Source of the DNA: Eledone cirrhosa
Taxonomy: Eukaryota
Direction: 5' to 3'
DNA length: 64,000 bases
NCBI GenBank assembly: GCA_964016885.1
Contig: OZ024740.1
Span: 323,082,001 to 323,146,000, forward strand
Of the stretch, positions 38,564 through 49,866 are shown piece by piece. Below the pieces are notes generated by a model. It saw only the letters and a list, made by a program, of their open reading frames with translations, had not been told where the DNA came from and did no database searches. Both the position numbers and the translations under genes were made by a program. How positions within the stretch are numbered: position 1 is the stretch's first letter; the number at the start of each line of letters is the position of its first letter.

Positions 38564-41500
38564 ACGTTTAACGTCCGTGTTCCACGCTTGCATGGGTTTG
38601 GACGGGGGTAGTCCCACTTGAGGCAAGAGTGATTGTCTTGCTCGCATAGGACTGTCTGGCAGGTTTTCTACAGTTGGATGCCCTTCCTAACACCAACCAC
38701 ATTTACAGTGTGGGTCTGGGAGGTTTTTACCGTGTTGCCTACACGGCCACATTACAGCGTGGACTGTGTGTTTTTTTGTCGTGACACCTACACGATCTCA
38801 TTTGTTTCGGCCTCGATGGCGCGGCACCAACATAACTTTACATAGAACGGGGTGGTGTGGATGGGGTGGGGGTGGTGGTGGTGGGACGGGTTGTATTTTG
38901 TTAGAGATGCCTACTGACTGGAGTAGGTTTTACTATATATTTAGGTAAGGCGGGTCTTCTCTGTTACTGAGTACCGCCAAAGGTCTCGGTCCAGTGACAT
39001 TGTCTTGGAGAGGTGTAAGTGTGTGATGTCGGAGTTTATCAGCTCGTCCCAGGTTTTTCTAGGTCTGCCTATTCCGTGACTACCGTCTATCTTTATTGCC
39101 CTGCACTTTGTTATACAGCTATCGACTTTCATGCGCATCACGTGTCCATACCAACGTAGCCTTCTCTCGAGTAAACAACATCTGATCCCTCTTATCTCTA
39201 ATTTTTTCCTTAGTTCGTTTATGCTTTGCCGTTCACGTATATTACTGTTACACATCCAGCGGAGCATGCAAGCTTCGTTCCTCTCTAGTCTGCGTATATC
39301 CTCTGCACACAATGCCCAGGTCTCACTGCCATGCAGCATTGCTGTTCGTATGCAGGCATCGTGCAACCTGCCTTTCATTTTTAGGGAGAACCCTTTAGCA
39401 GCTAATAGTGGTATAAGCTCTCTGAACTTTTTCCAACCAGTTCTGACTCTAGCTACAGTACTTTCAGAGCACCCTCCCCCACTGCTGATTTTATCGCCCA
39501 GGTAACGGAAGCTGTCCACTATTTCTATAGAACCCTCTGCGCAATTGAAAGAGCTAGTATTTTGTGGGCACTTGCTGCTACTTATTGCACCAGAACACCG
39601 GCCACATGTAAAATCTATGTTCTTAGTTAGCTTACCTGTGATCCCACTACATCTTTTATGCACCCATACTTTGCATTTAGGACATAAAATGGAGTTTCTA
39701 CCTACGCCTTTCCTACACACCGAGCACGACCATTTCCCAGAAGGGACCGCCGCCTTGTTTTCTTTCCTACAAACTAGTACTTTGGTCTTAGCCAGGTTAA
39801 TTTTAAGTCCTTTTGACTCTAGGCCGTGCTTCCATGTTTGGAATTTCTTCTCTAGCTCGGCCATTGATTCCGCTATGAGTGTCAGGTCGTCTGCGTATAG
39901 GAGTTCCCATGGGCAGCTTGTCTTGAACTCCTCTGTTATAGCCTGAAGGGCAATAATAAATAGTAGGGGGCTGAGAACAGAGCCCTGATGGACGCCAACT
40001 TTTACGCTAAACTCTTCACTATATTCGTTGTTAATTCTAACCTTGCTGACTGTTTCTTTATACATGGCTTGTATAGCCCTCACAAGCCATTCGTCAACGC
40101 CTAGTTTTCTAAGAGCCCACCAGATAATGGAGCGGGGGACTCTGTCGTAGGCTTTCTCCAAGTCGACAAAAGCTAAGTAGAGGGGTTTACCTTTAGCTAG
40201 GTACTTCTCCTGTAGTTGTCGTACTATGAAAAGAGCGTCTGTGGTACTTTTGCCTGACACAAACCCGAACTGCATTTTATCTAGGTCAATTCTCTCTCTG
40301 ATTAGTTGCGCTATTACTTTTTCCGTGACCTTCATGACCTGGTCGATTAATTTAATGCCTCTATAGTTACTCCTATCTAGGGCGTCTCCTTTACCCTTAT
40401 AACAGTTAACGATGATGCTGCTATGCCAGTCCTTCGGAACAACCCCATTCTGTACGACTTGGTTAACTATGCGGGTGACCATGGTGTGTCCCACCGTGCC
40501 AGATGCCTTCAGCATCTCAGCAACTATTTCCGAAGGCCCAGCCGCCTTACCCGTCTTCATATCCTTTATTGCCTTACTTATTATACTCCCCTCGACTAAC
40601 ACTGCTGGTCCCTCTATTGGGTCGATATGGGGGAGACTGTCTTTCTCCCATTTATTCTCCTCATTTAGTAGCCTTTCATAGTGACACTTCCAAGCTACCT
40701 TCTTATCAGCGTCGGTGATGGCAAGTGTGCCATCGTCGTTTAGTACACACTTCTCCGCGACAATATCACGGTTTTCCTTGACGCATTGCCTAGCAATCCT
40801 GAACACCTCACGTTTTTGGTCATCGCGTTGTAGAACATGCTTGAACTTTCTTTCCTCAGCTTCCCTTCTTGCTAAGTACACTTGTCTCCTAGCTTCCCTC
40901 CTGGCCACTTGATAGTCTTCTCTACTTCCCCCATCCCGCCATACTTTCCAAGCCTGCTTTTTGGCCTTAATTGACCCCTCCACCTTACTGTTCCACCACC
41001 ATGTTACTCTCCTCCTGCCTACAGGCCTGCTCCAGCCACAGACTTCGTCTGTCGCCAACAGCAGGTTTGCTTTCAGAAATTCCCACTCTCCCTCTATATT
41101 GTCCGACTCTAAATGTTCTTCCTTACTGTCGAAAGCATCAAGTAATATGCTTTGAAATTTATTCCTGGCTGTGGGGTCCTTTAGCTTCCATATTTTTCTC
41201 CTGAGGATAGTCCTCTTCTGCTGTCGAGTACGTCTCGTCCTGACTATGAGGTCGCTAATTATCAGTCTATGTTGGGAGGTGCATTCTTCATGGGGGAGGG
41301 ATTTAGTGTTTACAACAGACACTCTGTCACGTCTTCTGGTAAGGATATAATCTACCTGGCTTGCGTGTTCCCCGGATCTATAGGTGATCAGGTGATTGTC
41401 ACGTTTTTTGAAGTTAGTGTTACAGATAGTTAGGTTATTTGCATCACAGAATTCCAGGATTCTCGAGCCTTCCTCATTTCTAGTACCAAACCCATAGCCT

Positions 41501-41832
41501 CCATGGATTTCGTCGTAGCCGTCACAATGTTGTCCAACGTGACCATTTAGGTCGCCTGCGATAATTATATAGTCACTGTCGGATATTTGGGAGGTAATTA
41601 GCATCAGTGTCTCATAGAATCTGTCTTTTATAGTGCCGGGCAGTCCGGATTGGGGTGCGTACGCAGATATTACTGTCACCGTAGTTCTATTGAGGACAAG
41701 TCGTATTTTAATTATTCTGTCGTTCACTCTATTTACGTCTATTATCTTATGTGCCCACTTTTCTGCTACCATGATTCCTACTCCACCCAGCCCATCGTCG
41801 TTTCCCACCCAGAAAAGCTTATAACATCGTTT
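38534..41832 (-). mobile_element. RTE-clade LINE, 5'-truncated, with ~380-bp 3' UTR and (GAT)n tail
   Basis: Long ORF plus UTR ending ggacgttaaacgttgatgatgat; no TSD recognised. Confidence 0.93.
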
Positions 41833-41844
41833 AAACCTGCTCAC
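38941..41844 (-). CDS. RTE ORF2: APE endonuclease (N-terminus missing), reverse transcriptase and inserted PHD-like Cys/His finger
   Basis: 967 aa uninterrupted; SAYAPQ, AGDLNGHVG, QVDYIL, SQHR, NYRGIKL, FVDLEKAYD, GVHQGSVLSP, LLYADD, FRYLG, RLRWYGHV, GRPRKTW. Confidence 0.96.
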   Translation of the reverse strand: MSRFKRCYKLFWVGNDDGLGGVGIMVAEKWAHKIIDVNRVNDRIIKIRLVLNRTTVTVISAYAPQSGLPGTIKDRFYETLMLITSQISDSDYIIIAGDLNGHVGQHCDGYDEIHGGYGFGTRNEEGSRILEFCDANNLTICNTNFKKRDNHLITYRSGEHASQVDYILTRRRDRVSVVNTKSLPHEECTSQHRLIISDLIVRTRRTRQQKRTILRRKIWKLKDPTARNKFQSILLDAFDSKEEHLESDNIEGEWEFLKANLLLATDEVCGWSRPVGRRRVTWWWNSKVEGSIKAKKQAWKVWRDGGSREDYQVARREARRQVYLARREAEERKFKHVLQRDDQKREVFRIARQCVKENRDIVAEKCVLNDDGTLAITDADKKVAWKCHYERLLNEENKWEKDSLPHIDPIEGPAVLVEGSIISKAIKDMKTGKAAGPSEIVAEMLKASGTVGHTMVTRIVNQVVQNGVVPKDWHSSIIVNCYKGKGDALDRSNYRGIKLIDQVMKVTEKVIAQLIRERIDLDKMQFGFVSGKSTTDALFIVRQLQEKYLAKGKPLYLAFVDLEKAYDRVPRSIIWWALRKLGVDEWLVRAIQAMYKETVSKVRINNEYSEEFSVKVGVHQGSVLSPLLFIIALQAITEEFKTSCPWELLYADDLTLIAESMAELEKKFQTWKHGLESKGLKINLAKTKVLVCRKENKAAVPSGKWSCSVCRKGVGRNSILCPKCKVWVHKRCSGITGKLTKNIDFTCGRCSGAISSSKCPQNTSSFNCAEGSIEIVDSFRYLGDKISSGGGCSESTVARVRTGWKKFRELIPLLAAKGFSLKMKGRLHDACIRTAMLHGSETWALCAEDIRRLERNEACMLRWMCNSNIRERQSINELRKKLEIRGIRCCLLERRLRWYGHVMRMKVDSCITKCRAIKIDGSHGIGRPRKTWDELINSDITHLHLSKTMSLDRDLWRYSVTEKTRLT

Positions 41845-42043
41845 TGTTTCAAAACATACTTACTTGATATGTATATATATATATATAGGTCTCTTTTTCA
41901 TTTTATCTGTAATTCTCTTACTGTATGCAGATTTTAAAATTGGTATCATTTTGTGCGTGTATATATTTCTTAGAATGCATGTATACATGTATGTTTACAT
42001 ATATACATGTGCACACGCACACACATAGAAACATGCACTCCCC

Positions 42044-42090
<47 letters not shown>

Positions 42091-42395
42091 TATGTGTATG
42101 TATATAGATATATGTTCATAAATATTTATGCCTCTCCTTCTCTCTCACTCTCTGTATATATATATATATATACACACACATATATATATATATATGTATG
42201 ATTGTATTTACGTATACATGTATATATATATATATATATTGTGTGTGTGTGTGACTGCATTTGTCTGGATGTGTATGTGTGTACGTGTCTATGAGGATGT
42301 AAATCGGCCATGTTTAAATTTTACAGAATAACATGCTAATCCTACGTTCAGCAATTATTTTACAAAATCGATAAATGAATATATTTTATGATTAC

Positions 42396-42434
<39 letters not shown>

Positions 42435-42609
42435 ATGCTGTAATCAGATGATAATGAGGGAAACAATTAAACATCAACATAATTTTGTTTTTCCTTTATC
42501 TTTTTCTATTTTTTTTTTTTATTTTGCCTTTTTCTTTGAAATTGGGATAGCGTTTTGTTAACAACGACGATAATGGTATCAAAAACAATAAGAAATATAT
42601 AACGATGAC

Positions 42610-43945
42610 GGATACAACAGCAACAACAACAACAAAGCGACAACAATAACCACAATAACCATAACAACAGTAATAATAACAACAATAACAACAACGACAT
42701 CAGCATCAATAACAACAACAACAGCAACAACAACAACCACAACATCAGCATCAATAATCACAACGACAACAGCAACAACAACAATAACTATAATAATAAC
42801 CACAACAACAACAACTACAACTACAACAGCAACAAGAACAACAACTACGACAAGAGCAACATCAACAATAACTATAATAATTGTTTCTACTTTTGGAACA
42901 AGGCCAGCAAATACCCAGTACATTACTGGTACTTTATTTTATCGACCCGTAAGGATGAAAGGCAAAGTTATCCTCGGAGGGATTTGAACCGAGATCATAA
43001 AGGGCCGTAACTCTTTGCTGCAAGGCATGGTGTCAGACCCTCTACCGATACTGCCAATCCACCGCCCTTTAACTATAATAACCACCACCACCACCACAAC
43101 AGCAACAGCAACAACAACAACAACAACAACAACCACAACGTCAGCAACAACAACGACAACAATTACAACTACAACAACTGGATCAACAACAACAACAACA
43201 ACAATAACAGCAACAACGACAGCAATCGCAACAACAACAACAACAACAACAGCTAGATCAACAACAACAACAACAACAACTAGATCAACAGCAACAACAA
43301 CTAGATCAACAACAACAACAACAAAAAACAACATCAACAACAACAACTAGATCAACAACAACAGCAACAACAACAACTAGATCAACAACAGCAACAACAG
43401 CAGCAACAGCAACAACAACAACAACAAAAAAACATAAACAACATAAACAACAACAACAACACTAGCACCAACACCAACAACAACAACAACAACAACAGCA
43501 ACAACAACAAAAACAACAGCACCACCACCACCACCACCACCACCACCACCACCACCACCACCACCACCACAACAACAACAACAACAACACTATTAAAACC
43601 AAGTCCCAGTAGATAATAGATAAAAATTGACTAATTTTGGAATGACTTTCAGACATATCTAACACTATGGTTGAGTGGCTAGTATTGTTGTTGTTGATGT
43701 TGTTGTTGTTGGTAATGATGATGATGGTTGCATTTGTGGTAGCTGTGTTGATAATGAGGGTTGTGGTAGTGGCGGGGCTGGAGATGGTGACGATGATGAT
43801 GATGGGTGTGATGATGGTGGATGGAGATGGGGATGATGGTGATGGTGGTGTTGATAGTGGTGGTGATAGTGATGATGATGGTGGTTGTGGCAATGGCGGA
43901 GTTGGTGATGGTGGTGGTGATAGTGGTGGTAATGGTGATGATGAC
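42610..43945. repeat. Degenerate (CAA/CAG/CAC)n then (GAT/GGT)n trinucleotide tracts, with a SINE inserted at 42876-43068 (minus)
   Basis: Direct inspection; the recurrent actagatc interruption occurs about 5 times. Confidence 0.9.
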
Positions 43946-43993
43946 ACAGGGACAACAACTTTGAGGGGAAGGAAAAAATGATGATATCCACCC

Positions 43994-44095
43994 CAGTCGC
44001 ATGGCCTAATGGTTAGAGCGTTGGGCTTGGAATCGTGAGGTTGTGAGTTCGATTCTCGGCCGGGTGTTTTCTCCTTGAACAGTACACTTTATTCA
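43994..44095 (+). mobile_element. SINE tRNA-like head, truncated
   Basis: tggcctaatggttagagcg (box A), gagttcgattctc (box B), ccttgaacagtacactttat. Confidence 0.65.
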
Positions 44096-44097
44096 TA

Positions 44098-44915
44098 CAG
44101 GACAATTGCTGCTATTTCTGCAGTTGCAGTTTGTCCTTGTATAGTGTATGGTTTCTTCCCTGGTTCCAGTGTTGGGGGTGTATTTTGTTGTTGCTTCGGA
44201 TATGCGAGTAAAGTGAAAGAGACGTTGGTATTTGAGGGTGCCTCTCTGCTCAGTGGAAGAGACGTTGGTATTTGAGGGTGCCTCTCTGCTCAGTGGAAGA
44301 GACGTTGGTATTTGAGTGTACCTCTCTGCTCAGTGGAAGAGACGTTGGTATTTGAGTGTACCTCTCTGCTCAGTGGAAGAGACGTTGGTATTTGAGTGTA
44401 CCTCTCTGCTCAGTGGAAGAGACGTTGGTATTTGAGGGTGCCTCTCTGCTCAGTGGAAGAGACGTTGATATTTGAGGGTGCCTCTCTGCTCAGTGGAAGA
44501 GACGTTGGTATTTGAGGGTGCCTCTCTGCTCAGTGGAAGAGACGTTGGTATTTGAGGGAGCCTCTCTGCTCAGTGGAAGAGACGTTGGTATTTGAGGGAG
44601 CCTCTCTGCTCAGTGGAAGAGACGTTGGTATTTGAGTGTACCTCTCTGCTCAGTGGAAGAGACGTTGGTATTTGAGTGTACCTCTCTGCTCAGTGGAAGA
44701 GACGTTGGTATTTGAGGGTGCCTCTCTGCTCAGTGGAAGAGACGTTGGTTTTTGAGGGTGGTGCCTCTCTGCTCAGTGGAAGAGACGTTGGTATTTGAGG
44801 GAGCCTCTCTGCTCAGTGTTGGAGGCGGCCGATGTTGCTGGGGTTTCCGTTGGCTGTTGGTTTTCACATACCTACGGAGGCGTTTGTTATTCAATTTCAT
44901 GATGAAATTGCCCAT
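44098..44915 (-). pseudogene. Probable Penelope-like RT-to-endonuclease linker fragment
   Basis: Minus strand reads MGNFIMKLNNKRL before the array and RTNCNCRNSSNCP after it, like the N..II..HN.K..CNCR....CP linker of C-terminal GIY-YIG Penelope elements. Confidence 0.5.
44213..44817. repeat. 40-bp minisatellite, 15 units
   Basis: gacgttggtatttgagggtgcctctctgctcagtggaaga every 40 bp from 44221 to 44741, last at 44784; variants gggtg/gtgta/gggag. Confidence 0.97.
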
Positions 44916-45029
44916 ATATATATATATATATAATTTATACACACACACACATACACACATATATATATATATATATATACACACACATATATATATATAC
45001 AAATCATATATGTACGTATATACTTATAT

Positions 45030-45060
<31 letters not shown>

Positions 45061-45253
45061 ATAATTGTTTCTTATTTTTGGCACAAGGCCATCAAATACC
45101 CAGTACATTACTGGTACTTTCTTTTATCGACCCCGTAAGGATGAAAGGCAAAGTTAACTTCGGCGGGATTTGAACTCACAATGGCAAGGGCCGTAACTCC
45201 ATGCTGCAAAACATGGCGTCCGACCCTCTACCGATACTGCCAATCCACCGCCT
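45061..45253 (-). mobile_element. tRNA-derived SINE (same family as 4729)
   Basis: Full-length reverse copy. Confidence 0.85.
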
Positions 45254-45311
45254 TATAATATATATAATAATAATAATAATGATACTATTTATAGTTATGT
45301 ATATATTATAT

Positions 45312-45356
<45 letters not shown>

Positions 45357-45432
45357 CATATATATATATATATATATATTTAAATATATATATATATATT
45401 TAAATATATATATATTTAAATATATAAATATT

Positions 45433-45469
<37 letters not shown>

Positions 45470-45471
<2 letters not shown>

Positions 45472-45679
45472 CGAAGGAAATGTGGTAAGGAACCAGGTGG
45501 ACCATAACGCACCAAAGTACTCAATACTTAGGGTAGTAGAGTGGGTAATAGGAACGAGTAGGACCCCGACGGCTGAGCTCAAGCCGTTTCAACGGCTAAT
45601 TCTGGACCCAGAATTAGCCGTCCAGAATTAGCCGTCGAAACGGCTTGAGCTCAGCCGTCGGGGTCCTACTCGTTCCTAT
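45470..45679 (-). mobile_element. Second copy of the palindromic family F unit
   Basis: Reverse complement of 36153-36345 with a different hairpin centre (extra ccagaattagccgt). Confidence 0.8.
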
Positions 45680-45738
45680 ATATATATATATATATATTTA
45701 AATATTTATATATTTAAATATTTATATATGTAAATATG

Positions 45739-45773
<35 letters not shown>

Positions 45774-46302
45774 TTATATATGTCTATATTTTTATTGTAC
45801 ATAAACATACCGTATATGCCTTCATACACGCTTCTAATATTTATATATATACATACAATATGCATGTAAACGTATATGAGTATGTTTGCACATCTATGTG
45901 TATATCTCATATATATAACATGTAGTATTATATTAACATTTAACATTGCCTGACTATATAACTTAAATTGTAAACTAAATCTATAGCTAGTTCATAATTG
46001 TCTGGTTATTTAGTCTATACCAATAGGTTTAAAGATTAATTGATTCGATTTTACAGTGGCTGTCAAATAAGAGAGACAATCTCGTGTTGCGATGCATCAT
46101 CAATCAAATCTGAACAACTTTATGATTTAAGGCCATTTAAAATAATGCAACGTATGCATGGGTTCGTGTATCTATCTACCTATTTATCTTTGTGTGTATG
46201 TATGGATGGGTGAATGAACGGATGGATGGATGGACGTAGAGTAGAGGGAAGCATGTATGTATATATATGTATGTATGTAGTGTGTGCGTATGCATGTATG
46301 TA

Positions 46303-46335
<33 letters not shown>

Positions 46336-46506
46336 ATGTATGTATGTATGTGTGCATGTTTATATTTATGTATGTATGTATGTGTGTATGTATGTGTGTA
46401 TGTATGCATTTACGTATGTATGGATGTGTGTATGTATGTATTTATGAATGCTTGTATATACGTATGTATGTATCTAGGTATAAGTATTATATATATATAT
46501 ATATAT

Positions 46507-46579
<73 letters not shown>

Positions 46580-47007
46580 GGGGAGAGAGAGAGAAAGAGA
46601 GAGAGAGAGCAGTTACTTCCACTGGATTAGAACTACCGGGATTAGAACTAACGTTTATATAGCTGAGCATTCAACAGACACGTGTATCGCTTGGTCTCAT
46701 GGAGGTTCAGTGTCTTACATGGCTGGTCATTTCAATTACAAGCGCAGCTTATATTCTAGAACCCCTAGCCGACACCCTAACCTCAGAGCCACTTGTCTTC
46801 ACATGCATGTGTATATATGCATATACATACGCACACAGGTAATACTTACACCTAGATACATACATACACAAATACATGCTTCCCTCTATTCTACGTCCAC
46901 CCATCCGTCTATCCACCCATACATACATACACATATACATACATATATAATATATATAAATATATATATACGTACTTACTTACATACATAAATACATACA
47001 TACACAT

Positions 47008-47062
<55 letters not shown>

Positions 47063-47105
47063 CGTACTTACTTACATACATACATAAATACATACATACA
47101 CATAT

Positions 47106-47145
<40 letters not shown>

Positions 47146-47384
47146 GTACTTACATACATACATAAATACATACATACATACATACTTACATACAACTCAT
47201 ACATACATACTTAAATACTTACATACGTACATATATACATACATACCTAGATACATAAATATACATACATACATATATACATACATACATAGATACATAA
47301 ATATACATACATACATACGTACGTATATACATACATACCTAGATACATAAATATACCTACATACATACTTACATATATACATAT

Positions 47385-47996
47385 ATGGTGGCTGCCAACT
47401 CGTTTTCGAGTACGGCCACTACTTTATATCCATGTAGGAGAACCCCTACCGATGCCCTGAACGAATGTGACTTTTTAGTCCAGCCAGCGACTTGAAAACT
47501 CTGGTACAAACACTACACTTGTGACAATTATTGACACATAGTGCTGGGCCCATGGTACCATGTGACGACAAGTGCAGAGAGATCTCCAGATATAAAGCAA
47601 TGCCTGTGCCGTGAAGCTTTTATAGTGAGCAAAGGCACTGCACAAAGCCAGTCCCACTCTCTTAACCAAGATGATATTTACCAAAAAGAAGAACAAGTCC
47701 ACATCATTGGATACCATCAGGGTTGCAGGTGTTATATCAGAGTTTTCCTTCTCCTAGAATTCTGCCTTGACAAAGGCTAAGGGGTCATCTCTCCCGGTGA
47801 TTTTGGATGGCCATTGACTCTTAAGAGCTCCTTTGCTCTTTGACAGGTTCTGTTTTTCGTCCTGCAGGATGTCCAAAGTCATCCTCCTCACCAAGAAACC
47901 TTGGTGGGGTTGCCAGTTTAGTCGCCAACAACCCGACCATGGGACAGGTTGTACTGGGATACATGTTACCAGTAGCACCAACTGGTGACCTGACCG
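47385..47996 (-). mobile_element. Short (~610 bp) non-autonomous RTE-derived element
   Basis: 3' part encodes NCHKCSVCTRVFKSLAGLKSHIRSGHR*, then a hairpin UTR and TA/TACA-type tail; the 5' part is non-coding and structured; relatives at 3293 and ~21760-21990. Confidence 0.65.
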
Positions 47997-49062
47997 TATA
48001 TACATATATACATAGATACATACATGCATATATACATACATACATACATACACATCCATACATACATACATACATGAACATACATACATACATGAATATA
48101 CATACATACATACATACATGAATATACATACATACATACATACATGAATATATATACATACATACGCACATGCCTCTCTCTATCCATCTGTCTGTCCCCC
48201 CACCCGTCTAGATATACATACATACACATATACATACATGATACACACATACACACATGCTTACATACATACAGAGATACATACATACACATACATGCAT
48301 ACATACATACATACACACACATACATACATACAGACTCATACATATATACTCACATGCTTCCGCCTATCTGTCCGTCCGCCCAGCCACCCATACATACAT
48401 ACATACACACATACACACATGCCTACATAAATACATACATACATACACACATACATACATACATATATACATATATATACATACACACATACATACATAC
48501 ATACATACATACAAGCATACATACATATGTACATACATACATACACATGCATACACACATACATTCATACATACGTACATACATACATACATACATACAT
48601 ACATACATACATACATACATACATACATACATACATACATACATACACACATACACATACATAGATACATACACACACATATATACACGCATACATACAT
48701 ACATACATACATACATACATACATACATACATACATACATACATACATAAATGCATACATACATATATACACGCATACATACATACATACACACATACAT
48801 ACATACATACATATATACATACAAGCATAATACATATGTACATACATACATACATATATACACATACACATGCATACACACATACATTCATACATACGTA
48901 CATACATACATACACACATACACATACATACATACACACACATACACATACATACACACATACATACATACATACACACACGCATACACAGATACATACA
49001 TACATACACACATACACATACATACATACACACGCACATACACACATACACACATACATACA

Positions 49063-49096
<34 letters not shown>

Positions 49097-49215
49097 CATA
49101 CATACATACATACACATAAATACATACACACACATACACACATACACACATACATACATACATACATACATAAATACATACATATATACATACATACATA
49201 CACACATACATACAA
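47997..49215. repeat. Long degenerate (TACA)n/(CA)n microsatellite
   Basis: Direct inspection; explains the HTYI/MYVC ORFs. Confidence 0.95.
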
Positions 49216-49784
49216 CACCTGTGACCCTGGTAATATAGTTTCCTTTGAAGTACATATTAGTAAACAATGTTTAGAAAAATAATTTAATAATTTGTGGCTG
49301 GTTTTCCTCTTTTTATTGAGTTAACAACGTGAAACATTTTTTCCTCTAAAGTAATTCTGAAGTAGTTATTAATTTTCTGTGTGTGTTATCAACAAGAATC
49401 TTGCCGTGTCTTCTTTCATCCTATTATACCGTCTTACAGTGAATCTAAAGATAAAGACAAAATAGAATAAAATATATAAAGAAATAATTGAATATATAAG
49501 ACGATGTCACGCAATCTCGTTCGCTATTGTATAAAATGACCATCTGCATTTAATTTGATGTTGTTAGTAGAATGACAGATAACGATTTAGTGATGTGTAG
49601 CAGGAACAACTTTATATAAACTGTACAACGTTCTGAGTTGCGAGCGGCTGAGAACGTCTAAATCGCTTGTCTTGTACACTGTTTCAAAATGTATCTGTGA
49701 TCTAAGGTGTCTGAATATCTCCTCTGCCTGCTTCTTTGTCTATCTGTCTAACTGACTGCGTGTCTGTCAGTCTCTCAAGCAGTT

Positions 49785-49865
<81 letters not shown>

Positions 49866-49866
<1 letters not shown>

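Noticed and set aside
38520-41860. Target-site duplication around the RTE LINE
   Set aside because: No matching direct repeat found at the two ends.
39131-41937. Plus-strand ORFs overlapping the RTE element (and minus-strand ORFs within 49906-52574)
   Set aside because: Antisense shadows of the LINE reading frames.
43994-44065. Genuine tRNA gene
   Set aside because: Box A and box B are present but the cloverleaf is imperfect and it continues into a SINE body motif.
44213-44817. 40-bp array as a CRISPR array or hammerhead repeat
   Set aside because: No unique spacers, no cas genes and a eukaryotic context; minus-strand CTGAGCA..AAAT does not match the hammerhead core.
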